Positions 48,501-60,799 of a stretch of DNA of 64,000 bases are shown here, one piece after another (within the stretch, counting starts at the first letter, position 1; the number at the start of each line of letters is the position of its first letter). The translations under genes were made by a program, and so were the position numbers. The stretch comes from Selaginella moellendorffii (taxonomy: Eukaryota > Plantae > Lycopodiophyta): positions 1,010,177-1,074,176 of the forward strand of contig NW_003314316.1 in the NCBI RefSeq assembly GCF_000143415.4, given 5' to 3'. The notes under the pieces were generated by a model that was given only the letters and a program-made list of their open reading frames with translations, searched no databases and was not told the origin of the DNA.

Positions 48501-49735
48501 GTAACGGCGAACTGATACCCATCCTCAGCAAATTGTCCCACAGAGAACAAATTAGCACATAAACCAGGAATATAAAGAACCTCGTGGATCTTTACGACTA
48601 TTCCTTGTGGTAAAGTGAACTTGATGGTTCCAACTCCTTTCACAGCAAGCTGCTGGGCATTGCCAACGATGACATACTCCTCTGTGGCTGTAGGAACATA
48701 GGCTTCAAAGTACTTATCACTGTTGAACATATGGTCTGTAGCAGCAGAATCCAGGTAGATGCACTCTGCAGACAGTGCTGCCACAGCCATAGCTCGTGAC
48801 AAGATGAAGGCGTGTACCACCTTTTTCTTTGCATTGTTCCTTACAGGCTTGAGAGATGGATTTTTCACCCAGCATTGAGCTTCGTCATGGCCTTTCTTGT
48901 TGCAATGAGAACACTTGGGCTTCTTGTATGAAGAGGCTCCTTGTTTCCCTTTGTTCACTGTTTCTTTCCTGAGAGAAGAGTAGAATGCAACGGCCTCTGA
49001 TCCTGTTGTTGCTCTTCGTCTCAGATGGTAAGTCTGCTTCATGGCCTCCCACGCTTCCTTTGCACTCTTGCACCGTCCAATGCAATGGAATTCTCGCCCC
49101 TCCAGCGCTGCATGGAATTTGCCCAAAGCTCTCCAGTCCTTGCGATACTTCGCAGTTTCATCCACTGTAGCTGTATCTGGAAGTGTCTCAGTTCCTGTGG
49201 TGATGTCCCAGAGGCCTCGTTCATCCATATAGGATTCGAATTTTGTCTTCCAGAAGCGCCAGTTCCTCCCATCAAATTTTGGTGGATTTGCGTCCACTGA
49301 AATGATATCCGCTGTAGGCACAGTCGGATTTGTGATGGGAGGGGAAATAGGTGGTGGATTTGGAGGCGGATTTGTAGGAACAGTGGCTGCCATGGGTGCC
49401 GACACCCAATCCCAAGTCTAGGTCCAGGTTCTTAGTCGTCCAGTGCCTCTTGCAAGGCCTGGAGCGTTTGGATTAGGGCACGCCTCTGTCTACGTAGACG
49501 GAGGCTCCGATTCACCCTAGCGAGTGTTGCCCTGATCCTACGGTTTTGTATTCTTTGTGCTCTCCCAGGCATTGCTCCGATACCATCTAACGAAAGGTGA
49601 AACCGTGTGATGGTGCTCAAGATCCGTCATGGCATATATGGAATGAAAAATGTACATATGTGTGACATGGTGAACCGATGAAGACTCGTGTCTCTCCACG
49701 TGGACTAGCCACGTGGCACAGGGCCACTCTCAACA
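45531..49735 (-). mobile_element. Ty1/copia LTR retrotransposon, structurally complete, short LTRs with TG...GA ends
   Basis: 5' LTR 49586-49735 (150 bp), 3' LTR 45531-45662 (132 bp), PBS TGGTATCGGAGC (49574-49585), TSD CACTC (45526-45530 / 49736-49740). The empty site is visible at ~39436. Confidence 0.93.
45632..49405 (-). CDS. Copia gag-pol polyprotein (open frame, apparent in-frame deletions in gag and RT)
   Basis: CSHCNKKGHDEAQC, YLDSAATDH, WHARLGH, LRSDGGGEY, QQNGVAERKNR, YKARLVAKG, LYVDD, YCDADF, ADIFTKAL. GLKQAPRS is joined directly to CEADPNLY. First ATG at 49393. Confidence 0.9.
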   Translation of the reverse strand: MSAPMAATVPTNPPPNPPPISPPITNPTVPTADIISVDANPPKFDGRNWRFWKTKFESYMDERGLWDITTGTETLPDTATVDETAKYRKDWRALGKFHAALEGREFHCIGRCKSAKEAWEAMKQTYHLRRRATTGSEAVAFYSSLRKETVNKGKQGASSYKKPKCSHCNKKGHDEAQCWVKNPSLKPVRNNAKKKVVHAFILSRAMAVAALSAECIYLDSAATDHMFNSDKYFEAYVPTATEEYVIVGNAQQLAVKGVGTIKFTLPQGIVVKIHEVLYIPGLCANLFSVGQFAEDGYQFAVTPRQFQLISTTGAILTASRPGRRDLYRLTMLPDLAGRSLGLHAQKTTTSHSLELWHARLGHPSADRIKQLAREQMVEGLDLDPRAVLPFCQGCQLGKSTRQPFPKTGASRATELMELVHTDVCGPMATTAVGGIQYFISFIDDYSRRTMIYPMARKSQSLHYFQTFKDMGEKQTGKMLKRLRSDGGGEYTSNAFNQLCEQGGIVRELTTRETPQQNGVAERKNRTLVESARAMLLSSGLPRSFWFHAVLTANYLQNRLPTSALADITPEEAWSGKKPTVTHLRIFGCEAWAHIPDGMRKKLDPKGQKAVFVGYSLDHKAYRLWNPITKQEILRRDVVFNENSFLPSSQGSTSRPTLTEENDVEAEQDQLTVGTITVPLQTVPTQQPMPASTPTPPTPPPPPDPLRRSIRTRRPTERLIETMVSSRAAGTPTVPRTYGEAMASQEASYWRVAMEAEITSQQKNETHVLVPTVPSNRQIIKSMWVYALKLNPDGSVRYKARLVAKGCSQVPGLDYNDTFAPVVKHSTLRSLINFAAVGDFDLEQMDVTTAFLYGALEEEIYMAQPEGFLAAGKEDHLWLLKKAVYGLKQAPRSCEADPNLYIRVEGESFVIIALYVDDTLVIHNHRLMFLQVKRDLCSQFEMKTLGSASYFLGMELVRDRSQRTIYLHQAKYIEEMLARFSMTSSNPVATPMELGCQLSRAMSPETEDDKRAMDSIPYRQAVGSLMYPAVCTRPDISFAVSKVSQFLANPGSQHWAAVKRIFRYLRGTTYLGLCYQGKVLTLTGYCDADFGGDCDTRKSTSGYSFSLGSATVSWCSRKQSTVATSSTEAEYLAASQATKEGVWLRSLLSNLGVSVKTPTRLFCDNQSCIALAANPRFHSRTKHFGIHHHFVCEKVEDGTIELIYCDTTTQVADIFTKALPRDQFQVHREGLGLSPLMSITRDGHSASGSVESGPVPRG

Positions 49736-51028
49736 CACTCCTTGTTCTGCGTCTAGCTTGGGTCTAAGCCTAAATTCCATGCTGCTTTAGTCGGTGGGCT
49801 ACCCTCTTCTTCGCATTAGGCCACCTGTGTGCCAAAATTGTGCCAAACTCCATTTGACACCATTTTGTGTGCAGGTGCTAGATATGGGGAGCTGGTGCTC
49901 GTGGGATTGTACCTGCTAGATATGGGGAGCTGGTGCTCGTGGGATTGTACCTGCTAGATATGGGGAGCTGGTGCTCGTGGGATTGTACCAGACCCTCGTT
50001 TCATAGCGCAATAGATTTGGAATTCGGCTCTAAATTCATGTGCGCTTCAAATGGTAAATCAAGACATTATTAGTTTTCTCAATTTCTTATTATAAAATAT
50101 CAGCAACAACATCCTGCTCCTGTATTTGCATAAAGAGCTTGGAAGCCACCTCCGGATCGCCGATCTCGAAACGTCTAAGGATCATAGAAGTCCACGAGGT
50201 GACATTCCTGTGAGGCATTTCTTGGAAGAGCTGCCAAGCCTCCCCAGCCCCCCACCGCACTTGAAATACAAGTCCATCAAAATATTCTCCAGCAAGATCG
50301 ATGGAGAAAGCGCCGAGCTGCCGACCTCTGCCGAACATCGTAGTGAATCCTCCTCCCGCTCCCAATATCTCTCGATCTGGCAACGCAATGTTTCAGCGCT
50401 GCGACAGTGGCTCCCATGCCCGGCGCCTGGCCGCTGCGCCGCTGCGAATCGTATGCTTGCAGCGCATTGCCGCATCCCTCGCGAGTGCAACATCGCATTC
50501 ATGGCCACAAATTTCTTTTTGAAAAAGCTTATAACATAAAGCTTCTGATTACGTTTCAAAGTCAGAGTAATTTTGGATAAGAGTGTAATTGGGAGAGGCA
50601 GGTGTGGTGTGGAAAGGTCTTTGCCAATTTAGTCTGTTGAAAGCTCGAGCAATTTGTGTTCCTGTATAGTAAAACATGCCCATTTACTGTAGTATGCAAA
50701 AACCATTGGTACAGCCCAGTTGCTGCAAAGACACTAATAGAAATGTCGCAAACACCATTAGAAGAATTGCTAATGTATATGAATCTGACATTTTGCTTCA
50801 ACATGTGAACTATCTTAAATTGGCAGAAAATAACTACAGAAAGCAAAAGCAAAGCAAAAGTTCCAGATGGCATGGGCATCCATCACGAATCTAAAATAGA
50901 ATAATACAAATAATAATCTTATGGGCGCTCAATGAGCCACAAACGTCCAAACTAATGAGCTACTAACATTACTACAGAGGAAGATTTTTCTCTTTTATTT
51001 GGCAATTTTATTTGAACCATGGAGCTCT

Positions 51029-51334
51029 TTAGCACTGGATGAAGAAGCTGTTCCATCCAAAGCCCGAGCAGTCCTGTACAGAGGCACTAAACCGTGTCTG
51101 CGCCACACCTTGGCAGTTTGCCGTGTTGTAGGCCGCAGCAGTCTGGCCCTGGTACCCAAAGCTGTAGCCGCCGTGCTGCGAGGCTCCAACATTGGTGCAT
51201 CCACAAGCACTGTAGCGCACCCGCTGATTGTTACACCCGGGCCCTGCCCAAGTATCGAAGTAGCTTGCATTGGCCGTGATCATTGATCCCAAGACAATGA
51301 CCGCCACAAGAACGAGCACCATTTTTCCTGCCAT
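51029..51334 (-). CDS. MiAMP1-family peptide, identical protein
   Basis: Same translation as 40654-40959. Confidence 0.92.
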   Translation of the reverse strand: MAGKMVLVLVAVIVLGSMITANASYFDTWAGPGCNNQRVRYSACGCTNVGASQHGGYSFGYQGQTAAAYNTANCQGVAQTRFSASVQDCSGFGWNSFFIQC

Positions 51335-52690
51335 TGTCACGCAAACACAAAGCTATGCTATGATCGTCAATCAAATGAAAACTCTCTCAAGGAAGATCCA
51401 ATGAACATCTAAGAGCACACAACAGTGAGATTTATACACCACCTCTTGCACGCGCCAAACAGTCAAGGGTCATCTTTTGCATGCGCAGTCAATGACGTGC
51501 ACAAGCCCTAAAATATTATCATTATTGAAAACCTAATTGTACGTAGGAAAAAATGGTGGAAAAGGCCGCTTTCCATTGGCAGGCCAGCGCCGAGCATTTA
51601 TTCGCGATCAGCCAGGACAGAAGGTGTGTGATTAAAAAGGAGAGGGAGTGTTAGAGCCACGTGGTGTACAGCCAGCTGGCTTTTGTTTTGGTCTCGTCCT
51701 GGAGTTTTCTTCTGGAATATATGGTCAAAGACAACCTTACAGGTGAATGGTAAATCAAGACATTGATAGTTTTCTCAATTTCTTGTTACAAAATATCAGC
51801 AACAACATCCTGCTCCTGCATTTGCATAAAGAGCTTGGAAGCCACCTCCGGATCGCCGATCTCGAAACGTCTAAGGATCATAGAAGTCCACGAGGTGACA
51901 TTCCTGTGAGGCATTTCTTGGAAGAGCTGCCAAGCCACCCCAGCCCCCCACCGCACTTGAAATACAAGTCCATCAAAATATTCTCCAGCAAGATCGATGG
52001 AGAAAGCGCCGAGCTGCCGACCTCTGCCGAACATCGTAGTGAATCCTCCTCCCGCTCCCAATATCTCTCGATCTGGCAACGCAATGTTTCAGCGCTGCGA
52101 CAGTGGCTCCCATGCCCGGCGCCTGGCCGCTGCGCCGCTGCGAATCGTATGCTTGCAGCGCATTGCCGCATCCCTCGCGAGTGCAACATCGCATTCATGG
52201 CCACAAATTTCTTTTTGAAAAAGCTTATAACATAAAGCTTCTGATTACGTTTCAAAGTCAGAGTAATTTTGGATAAGAGTGTAATTGGGAGAGGCAGGTG
52301 TGGTGTGGAAAGGTCTTTGCCAATTTAGTCTGTTGAAAGCTCGAGCAATTTGTGTTCCTGTATAGTAAAACATGCCCATTTACTGTAGTATGCAAAAACC
52401 ATTGGTACAGCCCAGTTGCTGCAAAGACACTAATAGAAATGTCGCAAACACCATTAGAAGAATTGCTAATGTATATGAATCTGACATTTTGCTTCAACAT
52501 GTGAACTATCTTAAATTGGCAGAAAATAACTACAGAAAGCAAAAGCAAAGCAAAAGTTCCAGATGGCATGGGCATCCATCACGAATCTAAAATAGAATAA
52601 TACAAATAATAATCTTATGGGCGCTCAATGAGCCACAAACGTCCAAACTAATGAGCTACTAACATTACTACAGAGGAAGATTTTTCTCTT

Positions 52691-53002
52691 TTATTTGGCA
52701 ATTTTATTTGAACCATGGAGCTCTTTAGCACTGGATGAAGAAGCTGTTCCATCCAAAGCCCGAGCAGTCCCGTACAGAGGCACTAAACCGTGTCTGCGCC
52801 ACACCTTGGCAGTTTGCCATGTTGTAGGCCGCAGCAGTCTGGCCCGTGAGGCTCCAACATTGGTGCATCCACAAGCACTGTAGCGCTCCAGCCGATTGTT
52901 ACACCCGGGCCCTGCCCAAGCATCGAAGTAGCTTGCATTGGCCGTGATCATCGATCCCACCACAGTGATGGCGACAAGAACGAGCACCATTTTTCCTGCC
53001 AT
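52691..53002 (-). pseudogene. Diverged MiAMP1 paralog with a net 28-bp deletion and frameshift
   Basis: The N-terminus differs (AITVVG, DAWAG, RLER). The frame shifts after NVGAS. Confidence 0.88.
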
Positions 53003-53607
53003 TGTCACACAAACACAAAGCTATACTATGATCGTCAATCAAATGAAAACTCTTTCAAGGAAGATCTAATGAACATCTAAGAGCACACAACAGTGAGATT
53101 TATACACGAGGAGTCAGCTCTTGCATGCGCGCCACGAAACAGTCAAGGGTCAAAGGTGGTAAAAAAAATTCTAACCCTAAACAACGTGCACAAACCCTAA
53201 AATATATCTTTGGACGACAAAATATTTGGCTTTGGACGACAAGCATTATCATTATTGAAAACCTTTGGCGAATTGTACGTAGAAAAAAATGGTGGAAAAG
53301 GCCGCTTTCCAGCGCCGAGCATTATTCGCGATCAGCCAGGAGAGAAGGTGTGTGATTAAAAAGGAGAGGGAGAGAGAGAGAGAAAAGGGGGGCTCGTTCT
53401 GGATCCACATTTGGAGTGATCGCCTCTTTTGCCGAAAGCTACTCCTGGCATGATCCATTAGAAAAAAAAAATCTCTCCCTCACCTAATCGATGATAGCGA
53501 GCAAAGAATTGGAGCCTTCCTCTTTCTCCCTTGGGATTTTTCCTTTCTTAAATCCCAGCGATCGTTCAATCCTCCTTGATCCATTCAACTCAATCCTGAA
53601 GAATTCA

Positions 53608-56109
53608 ATGCTAGCGCTCGCGATGCTCAGACATTTATCCCCAATGCTCGTCGCAATCTCCATCCTCGTTTTCCTCCCAATCGCTCTGGGCGGAGCTTCT
53701 TCCCGGATTGGCTTCGCGGAGGAGAAAGAGGTCCCGGTGTGGCCCAAGCCCCACTCACTCCTCGCCAGTGGCTCGGGGTCGCTGGCATTGGCCGAGAATT
53801 TCACGCTGCGCTCGTCGCCGGACTCGATCGCGACGCTGAGCAGCGCATTCGCTCGATACCGCGAGATTATCTTCCTCCACCACTCGATCTTCCTCGCCTC
53901 TCGCCAGATCCCCGAGAGCATACCACAGCTCCAGGCGCTCAGCGTTCGAATCTCATCCCCGGACGAAACAGTGAGTCAAAATCTCCCTCCATAGCCAGGG
54001 TTTTTAGTCTGGAAATATTTTGCGCCATGGGCGCTCTCGATCAAGGGAGGCGCGCGAGCCGCGCCGAGCTCGATCGAGGCGCGGGGCATGGTATTCTTGC
54101 GATCGATCGTTTCTTGCGCCTCTGGTCTTACTCCTAAGCTCTCTCGCAGCTCCAAATCGGCGTGGATGAGTCGTATCGCCTCCAAATCCCGGATCCCGAC
54201 GATGCTACTGCCGCATTGCTCACGGTAAATCCCAGCGCTGCTCCTTCTTGATGGAAATTTGATTGTTCTTTCGTGGGATTCTCCTCTTTCAGGCAGAGAC
54301 TGTGTATGGAGCCCTACACGGATTGGAGGTAATGTACGGACATTGATAGTCTCTGGAGTGAAATTTTCGTGTTCTTGGTGCTCTCTCAGACGTTTAGCCA
54401 GATCTGCGCGTTCAATTTCACGACGAAGATGACGGAAGTGCGATACATCCCAGTGGACATCGTCGATCGGCCGAGATTTGAGTATCGAGGTCTCTTGATT
54501 GGTACGATGATTAGCTTTCTTCGTGTGTCTGTCTCTTCACTCATTGTAAGCTTTTCTTTTTTATCACAGACACTTCGAGGCACTATGAGCCCCTCAAGAT
54601 TGTCCGGAGCGTCATTGATTCCATGGCCTACGCCAAGCTGGTGAATACTTAAAACTTTCATCATACTGTTGGTGTTGACGGATTTTTTTACGTGTTTCTA
54701 GAATGTTTTGCACTGGCATATTGTCGACACCCAATCGTTTCCTTTGGAGATTCCTTCCTTTCCTAAGCTTTGGAATGGAGCGTATACCGGAGCCGAGCGC
54801 TACACTCTAGAAGATGCCAAGGGTATTGTCGAGTAAGTCCACAATTTTTGTCCCTTTCACGTGCCAAACAAATTTTGGAATTTCGGATTGTCAGATACGC
54901 GAGGCTAAGAGGAATCAATGTGATGCCAGAGCTTGATGTTCCCGGTCATGCTGCATCCTGGTCTGATTCTCTTTTGCGTTATCAATAAGATAGATTGCTT
55001 CAATTGTGCCGGATCAACAGGGGCGTAGGCTATCCGGAACTGTGGCCCTCCGGGAACTGTACGCAACCTTTGGATGTAAGCAGTGAGTTCACTTTTGAGG
55101 TCATCGAAGGGATCATTTCGGGCAAGTAGTGATAAACTTCCGGAGGCAGCAAAGCATTGACTCTGTTTTCCTGTAGATTTTGCAAAGACCTTTCCTTTCA
55201 AATTCATGCACCTTGGTGGTGACGAAGTCGATACAAGTAAGCCACAGAAATACTTCCAAGTTTCTCATGTTTGATGTTTAGCCTGCTGGAAGAAGACGCG
55301 ACATATAGCCAGATGGTATGTAGTCAAGTTTCGGGATCAAGTTTCGGCTTATTCTAACATGCAGGCTTGCACATAACAATTTCACCGCCAAGCAAGGCTA
55401 CGAATACTTTGTTCTACGCGCGCAAAAGATTGCCCTGAAGTACGGGCTTACTCCCGTGAATTGGTAAATTCTAAAAGACTTTCTGAACTTTATAAAGCTG
55501 ACAATAACAATGCCAATGCAGGGAAGAGACTTTTAATAACTTTGGTAGCAAACTCAATAACGAGACGATCATTCACAACTGGTCTAAGCTTTATCCTTAC
55601 GTTTTCTTAGGATACTCACATTCCTGGAACTTACTTTTCAGGATAGGACCTGGTCTGGCGCCACTCGTTGTAGGAGCAGGTTTCAAGTGCATCGTGAGTG
55701 ATCAAGACGTGTGGTATCTGGATCATCTCGACGTACCATGGCAAAGCTTTTACAAGAACGAGCCACTCACAAACATAACGGGAGAGCATGAGCAGAGTTT
55801 GATAATTGGAGGAGAAGTTTGCATGTGGGGCGAAACTGTGGATCCAAGCGACATACATCAAACAATCTGGCCTCGAGCGGCAGCTGCAGCCGGTGAGTCC
55901 GGGTCTCGGCCGTGTTTCTCACTCACATTTGAGCTTTTCTAGAACGCTTGTGGTCTCCGAGGAGCTTCACGGACCAGGGAACTTCGCAAGTCCATTCGAG
56001 GCTCAAAACTTTCAGGTGTTTGCTACAACAGCGAGGGATCCCTGCAGCTCCAGTAGATGAGCTTGGGCGGGTGTCTCCGCCGTATCCAGGTTCTTGTTAC
56101 GACCAGTAA
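53608..56109 (+). CDS. Beta-N-acetylhexosaminidase (GH20, HEXO1/HEXO3-like), multi-exon
   Basis: Signal peptide, VWPKP, GVDESY, DRPRFEYRGLLID, LHWHIVD, VMPELDVPGHA, HLGGDEV, WYLDH, GGEVCMWGE, IWPRAAAAAE, ending GSCYDQ*. Many short GT-AG introns. Confidence 0.92.
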
Positions 56110-56182
56110 AGTATCGCAGAATTTTTATGTAGCGTGTTAATTTACTTGCTTCTCAACAATCTCAGTGTGTACATTGCAGCTT

Positions 56183-56507
56183 TCAATGGTTATTATAAGA
56201 AGTATGCGCAAGCAGGAGATACGCTCCAGAGTTTCCTGGCTCGAGCTTGACAGCCTCGTCCACAACTTGGTTGGCTCGATGCAAATCCCCGTGAGTCCGA
56301 CAGGCGCCCAGAACACTTGTCCATCCCACTGCCCCCAGCAGCTTGGACGTTTTCATCACGAGCTCCTCGGCGTCCCGCAGCCGTCCAGCTCGTCCCAGCA
56401 GATCAATCACGCAGACGTAGTGCTCCTCCCGCGGCTCGACTCCAAAGTCCTCGGTCATCGACACAAAGTAGCTCCAGGCCTCGTCCACCATCCCTGCGTG
56501 AGCACAC
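56183..56507 (-). CDS. 3' end of a PLS-E class PPR gene (5' part lost in a gap)
   Basis: CAHAGMVDEAWSYFVSMTEDFGVEPREEHYVCVIDLLGRAGRL...WTSVLGACRTHGD...LEPGNSGAYLLL. Confidence 0.85.
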
Positions 56508-56607
56508 NNNNNNNNNNNNNNNNNNNNNNNNNNNNNNNNNNNNNNNNNNNNNNNNNNNNNNNNNNNNNNNNNNNNNNNNNNNNNNNNNNNNNNNNNNNNN
56601 NNNNNNN
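56508..56607. other. Assembly gap (100 N); further gaps at 59550-59649 and 61328-61563
   Basis: N runs. Confidence 0.99.
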
Positions 56608-56795
56608 AAGCAAAAGCAAAGCAAAAGTCCCAGAAGGCACGGGCATCCACCACGAATCGAAAATAGATTAATACAAATAATAATCTTATGGGCGCTCAAT
56701 GAGCCACAAACGTCCAAACTAATGAGCTACTAACATTACTACAGAGGAAGATTTTTCTCTTTTATTTGGCAATTTTATTTGAACCATGGAGCTCT

Positions 56796-57101
56796 TTAGC
56801 ACTGGATGAAGAAGCTGTTCCATCCAAAGCCCGAGCAGTCCTGTACAGAGGCACTAAACCGTGTCTGCGCCACACCTTGGCAGTTTGCCGTGTTGTAGGC
56901 CGCAGCAGTCTGGCCCTGGTACCCAAAGCTGTAGCCGCCGTGCTGCGAGGCTCCAACATTGGTGCATCCACAAGCACTGTAGCGCACCCGCTGATTGTTA
57001 CACCCGGGCCCTGCCCAAGTATCGAAGTAGCTTGCATTGGCCGTGATCATTGATCCCAAGACAATGACCGCCACAAGAACGAGCACCATTTTTCCTGCCA
57101 T
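56796..57101 (-). CDS. MiAMP1-family peptide, identical protein
   Basis: Same translation. Confidence 0.88.
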   Translation of the reverse strand: MAGKMVLVLVAVIVLGSMITANASYFDTWAGPGCNNQRVRYSACGCTNVGASQHGGYSFGYQGQTAAAYNTANCQGVAQTRFSASVQDCSGFGWNSFFIQC

Positions 57102-58457
57102 TGTCACGCAAACACAAAGCTATGCTATGATCGTCAATCAAATGAAAACTCTCTCAAGGAAGATCCAATGAACATCTAAGAGCACACAACAGTGAGATTT
57201 ATACACCACCTCTTGCACGCGCCAAACAGTCAAGGGTCATCTTTTGCATGCGCAGTCAATGACGTGCACAAGCCCTAAAATATTATCATTATTGAAAACC
57301 TAATTGTACGTAGGAAAAAATGGTGGAAAAGGCCGCTTTCCATTGGCAGGCCAGCGCCGAGCATTTATTCGCGATCAGCCAGGACAGAAGGTGTGTGATT
57401 AAAAAGGAGAGGGAGTGTTAGAGCCACGTGGTGTACAGCCAGCTGGCTTTTGTTTTGGTCTCGTCCTGGAGTTTTCTTCTGGAATATATGGTCAAAGACA
57501 ACCTTACAGGTGAATGGTAAATCAAGACATTGATAGTTTTCTCAATTTCTTGTTACAAAATATCAGCAACAACATCCTGCTCCTGCATTTGCATAAAGAG
57601 CTTGGAAGCCACCTCCGGATCGCCGATCTCGAAACGTCTAAGGATCATAGAAGTCCGCGAGGTGACATTCCTGTGAGGCATTTCTTGGAAGAGCTGCCAA
57701 GCCACCCCAGCCCCCCACCGCACTTGAAATACAAGTCCATCAAAATATTCTCCAGCAAGATCGATGGAGAAAGCGCCGAGCTGCCGACCTCTGCCGAACA
57801 TCGTAGTGAATCCTCCTCCCGCTCCCAATATCTCTCGATCTGGCAACGCAATGTTTCAGCGCTGCGACAGTGGCTCCCATGCCCGGCGCCTGGCCGCTGC
57901 GCCGCTGCGAATCGTATGCTTGCAGCGCATTGCCGCATCCCTCGCGAGTGCAACATCGCATTCATGGCCACAAATTTCTTTTTGAAAAAGCTTATAACAT
58001 AAAGCTTCTGATTACGTTTCAAAGTCAGAGTAATTTTGGATAAGAGTGTAATTGGGAGAGGCAGGTGTGGTGTGGAAAGGTCTTTGCCAATTTAGTCTGT
58101 TGAAAGCTCGAGCAATTTGTGTTCCTGTATAGTAAAACATGCCCATTTACTGTAGTATGCAAAAACCATTGGTACAGCCCAGTTGCTGCAAAGACACTAA
58201 TAGAAATGTCGCAAACACCATTAGAAGAATTGCTAATGTATATGAATCTGACATTTTGCTTCAACATGTGAACTATCTTAAATTGGCAGAAAATAACTAC
58301 AGAAAGCAAAAGCAAAGCAAAAGTTCCAGATGGCATGGGCATCCATCACGAATCTAAAATAGAATAATACAAATAATAATCTTATGGGCGCTCAATGAGC
58401 CACAAACGTCCAAACTAATGAGCTACTAACATTACTACAGAGGAAGATTTTTCTCTT

Positions 58458-58769
58458 TTATTTGGCAATTTTATTTGAACCATGGAGCTCTTTAGCACTG
58501 GATGAAGAAGCTGTTCCATCCAAAGCCCGAGCAGTCCCGTACAGAGGCACTAAACCGTGTCTGCGCCACACCTTGGCAGTTTGCCGTGTTGTAGGCCGCA
58601 GCAGTCTGGCCCGTGAGGCTCCAACATTGGTGCATCCACAAGCACTGTAGCGCTCCAGCCGATTGTTACACCCGGGCCCTGCCCAAGCATCGAAGTAGCT
58701 TGCATTGGCCGTGATCATCGATCCCACCACAGTGATGGCGACAAGAACGAGCACCATTTTTCCTGCCAT
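58458..58769 (-). pseudogene. Second copy of the frameshifted MiAMP1 paralog
   Basis: Same deletion, offset 5767 from the first copy. Confidence 0.85.
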
Positions 58770-59374
58770 TGTCACACAAACACAAAGCTATACTATGATC
58801 GTCAATCAAATGAAAACTCTTTCAAGGAAGATCTAATGAACATCTAAGAGCACACAACAGTGAGATTTATACACGAGGAGTCAGCTCTTGCATGCGCGCC
58901 ACGAAACAGTCAAGGGTCAAAGGTGGTAAAAAAAATTCTAACCCTAAACAACGTGCACAAACCCTAAAATATATCTTTGGACGACAAAATATTTGGCTTT
59001 GGACGACAAGCATTATCATTATTGAAAACCTTTGGCGAATTGTACGTAGAAAAAAATGGTGGAAAAGGCCGCTTTCCAGCGCCGAGCATTATTCGCGATC
59101 AGCCAGGAGAGAAGGTGTGTGATTAAAAAGGAGAGGGAGAGAGAGAGAGAAAAGGGGGGCTCGTTCTGGATCCACATTTGGAGTGATCGCCTCTTTTGCC
59201 GAAAGCTACTCCTGGCATGATCCATTAGAAAAAAAAAATCTCTCCCTCACCTAATCGATGATAGCGAGCAAAGAATTGGAGCCTTCCTCTTTCTCCCTTG
59301 GGATTTTTCCTTTCTTAAATCCCAGCGATCGTTCAATCCTCCTTGATCCATTCAACTCAATCCTGAAGAATTCA

Positions 59375-59549
59375 ATGCTAGCGCTCGCGATGCTCAGACA
59401 TTTATCCCCAATGCTCGTCGCAATCTCCATCCTCGTTTTCCTCCCAATCGCTCTGGGCGGAGCTTCTTCCCGGATTGGCTTCGCGGAGGAGAAAGAGGTC
59501 CCGGTGTGGCCCAAGCCCCACTCACTCCTCGCCAGTGGCTCGGGGTCGC
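59375..59549 (+). other. Duplicate of the hexosaminidase 5' end running into an assembly gap
   Basis: Matches 53608-53782, then N-run. Confidence 0.8.
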
Positions 59550-60799
59550 NNNNNNNNNNNNNNNNNNNNNNNNNNNNNNNNNNNNNNNNNNNNNNNNNNN
59601 NNNNNNNNNNNNNNNNNNNNNNNNNNNNNNNNNNNNNNNNNNNNNNNNNACACTCTCGCCTTTACCCGTACTTGTTTCGCGATCAGCCAGGACAGAAGGT
59701 GTGTGATTAAAAAGGAGAGGGAGTGTTAGAGCCACGTGGTGTACAGCCAGCTGGCTTTTGTTTTGGTCTCGTCCTGGAGTTTTCTTCTGGAATATATGGT
59801 CAAAGACAACCTTACAGGTGAATGGTAAATCAAGACATTGATAGTTTTCTCAATTTCTTGTTACAAAATATCAGCAACAACATCCTGCTCCTGCATTTGC
59901 ATAAAGAGCTTGGAAGCCACCTCCGGATCGCCGATCTCGAAACGTCTAAGGATCATAGAAGTCCACGAGGTGACATTCCTGTGAGGCATTTCTTGGAAGA
60001 GCTGCCAAGCCACCCCAGCCCCCCACCGCACTTGAAATACAAGTCCATCAAAATATTCTCCAGCAAGATCGATGGAGAAAGCGCCGAGCTGCCGACCTCT
60101 GCCGAACATCGTAGTGAATCCTCCTCCCGCTCCCAATATCTCTCGATCTGGCAACGCAATGTTTCAGCGCTGCGACAGTGGCTCCCATGCCCGGCGCCTG
60201 GCCGCTGCGCCGCTGCGAATCGTATGCTTGCAGCGCATTGCCGCATCCCTCGCGAGTGCAACATCGCATTCATGGCCACAAATTTCTTTTTGAAAAAGCT
60301 TATAACATAAAGCTTCTGATTACGTTTCAAAGTCAGAGTAATTTTGGATAAGAGTGTAATTGGGAGAGGCAGGTGTGGTGTGGAAAGGTCTTTGCCAATT
60401 TAGTCTGTTGAAAGCTCGAGCAATTTGTGTTCCTGTATAGTAAAACATGCCCATTTACTGTAGTATGCAAAAACCATTGGTACAGCCCAGTTGCTGCAAA
60501 GACACTAATAGAAATGTCGCAAACACCATTAGAAGAATTGCTAATGTATATGAATCTGACATTTTGCTTCAACATGTGAACTATCTTAAATTGGCAGAAA
60601 ATAACTACAGAAAGCAAAAGCAAAGCAAAAGTTCCAGATGGCATGGGCATCCATCACGAATCTAAAATAGAATAATACAAATAATAATCTTATGGGCGCT
60701 CAATGAGCCACAAACGTCCAAACTAATGAGCTACTAACATTACTACAGAGGAAGATTTTTCTCTTTTATTTGGCAATTTTATTTGAACCATGGAGCTCT

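Noticed and set aside
56608-59549. A real second hexosaminidase locus
   Set aside because: The block is nearly identical to ~50840-53782 and is bounded by 100-N gaps on both sides, so it may be a haplotype or assembly duplicate.
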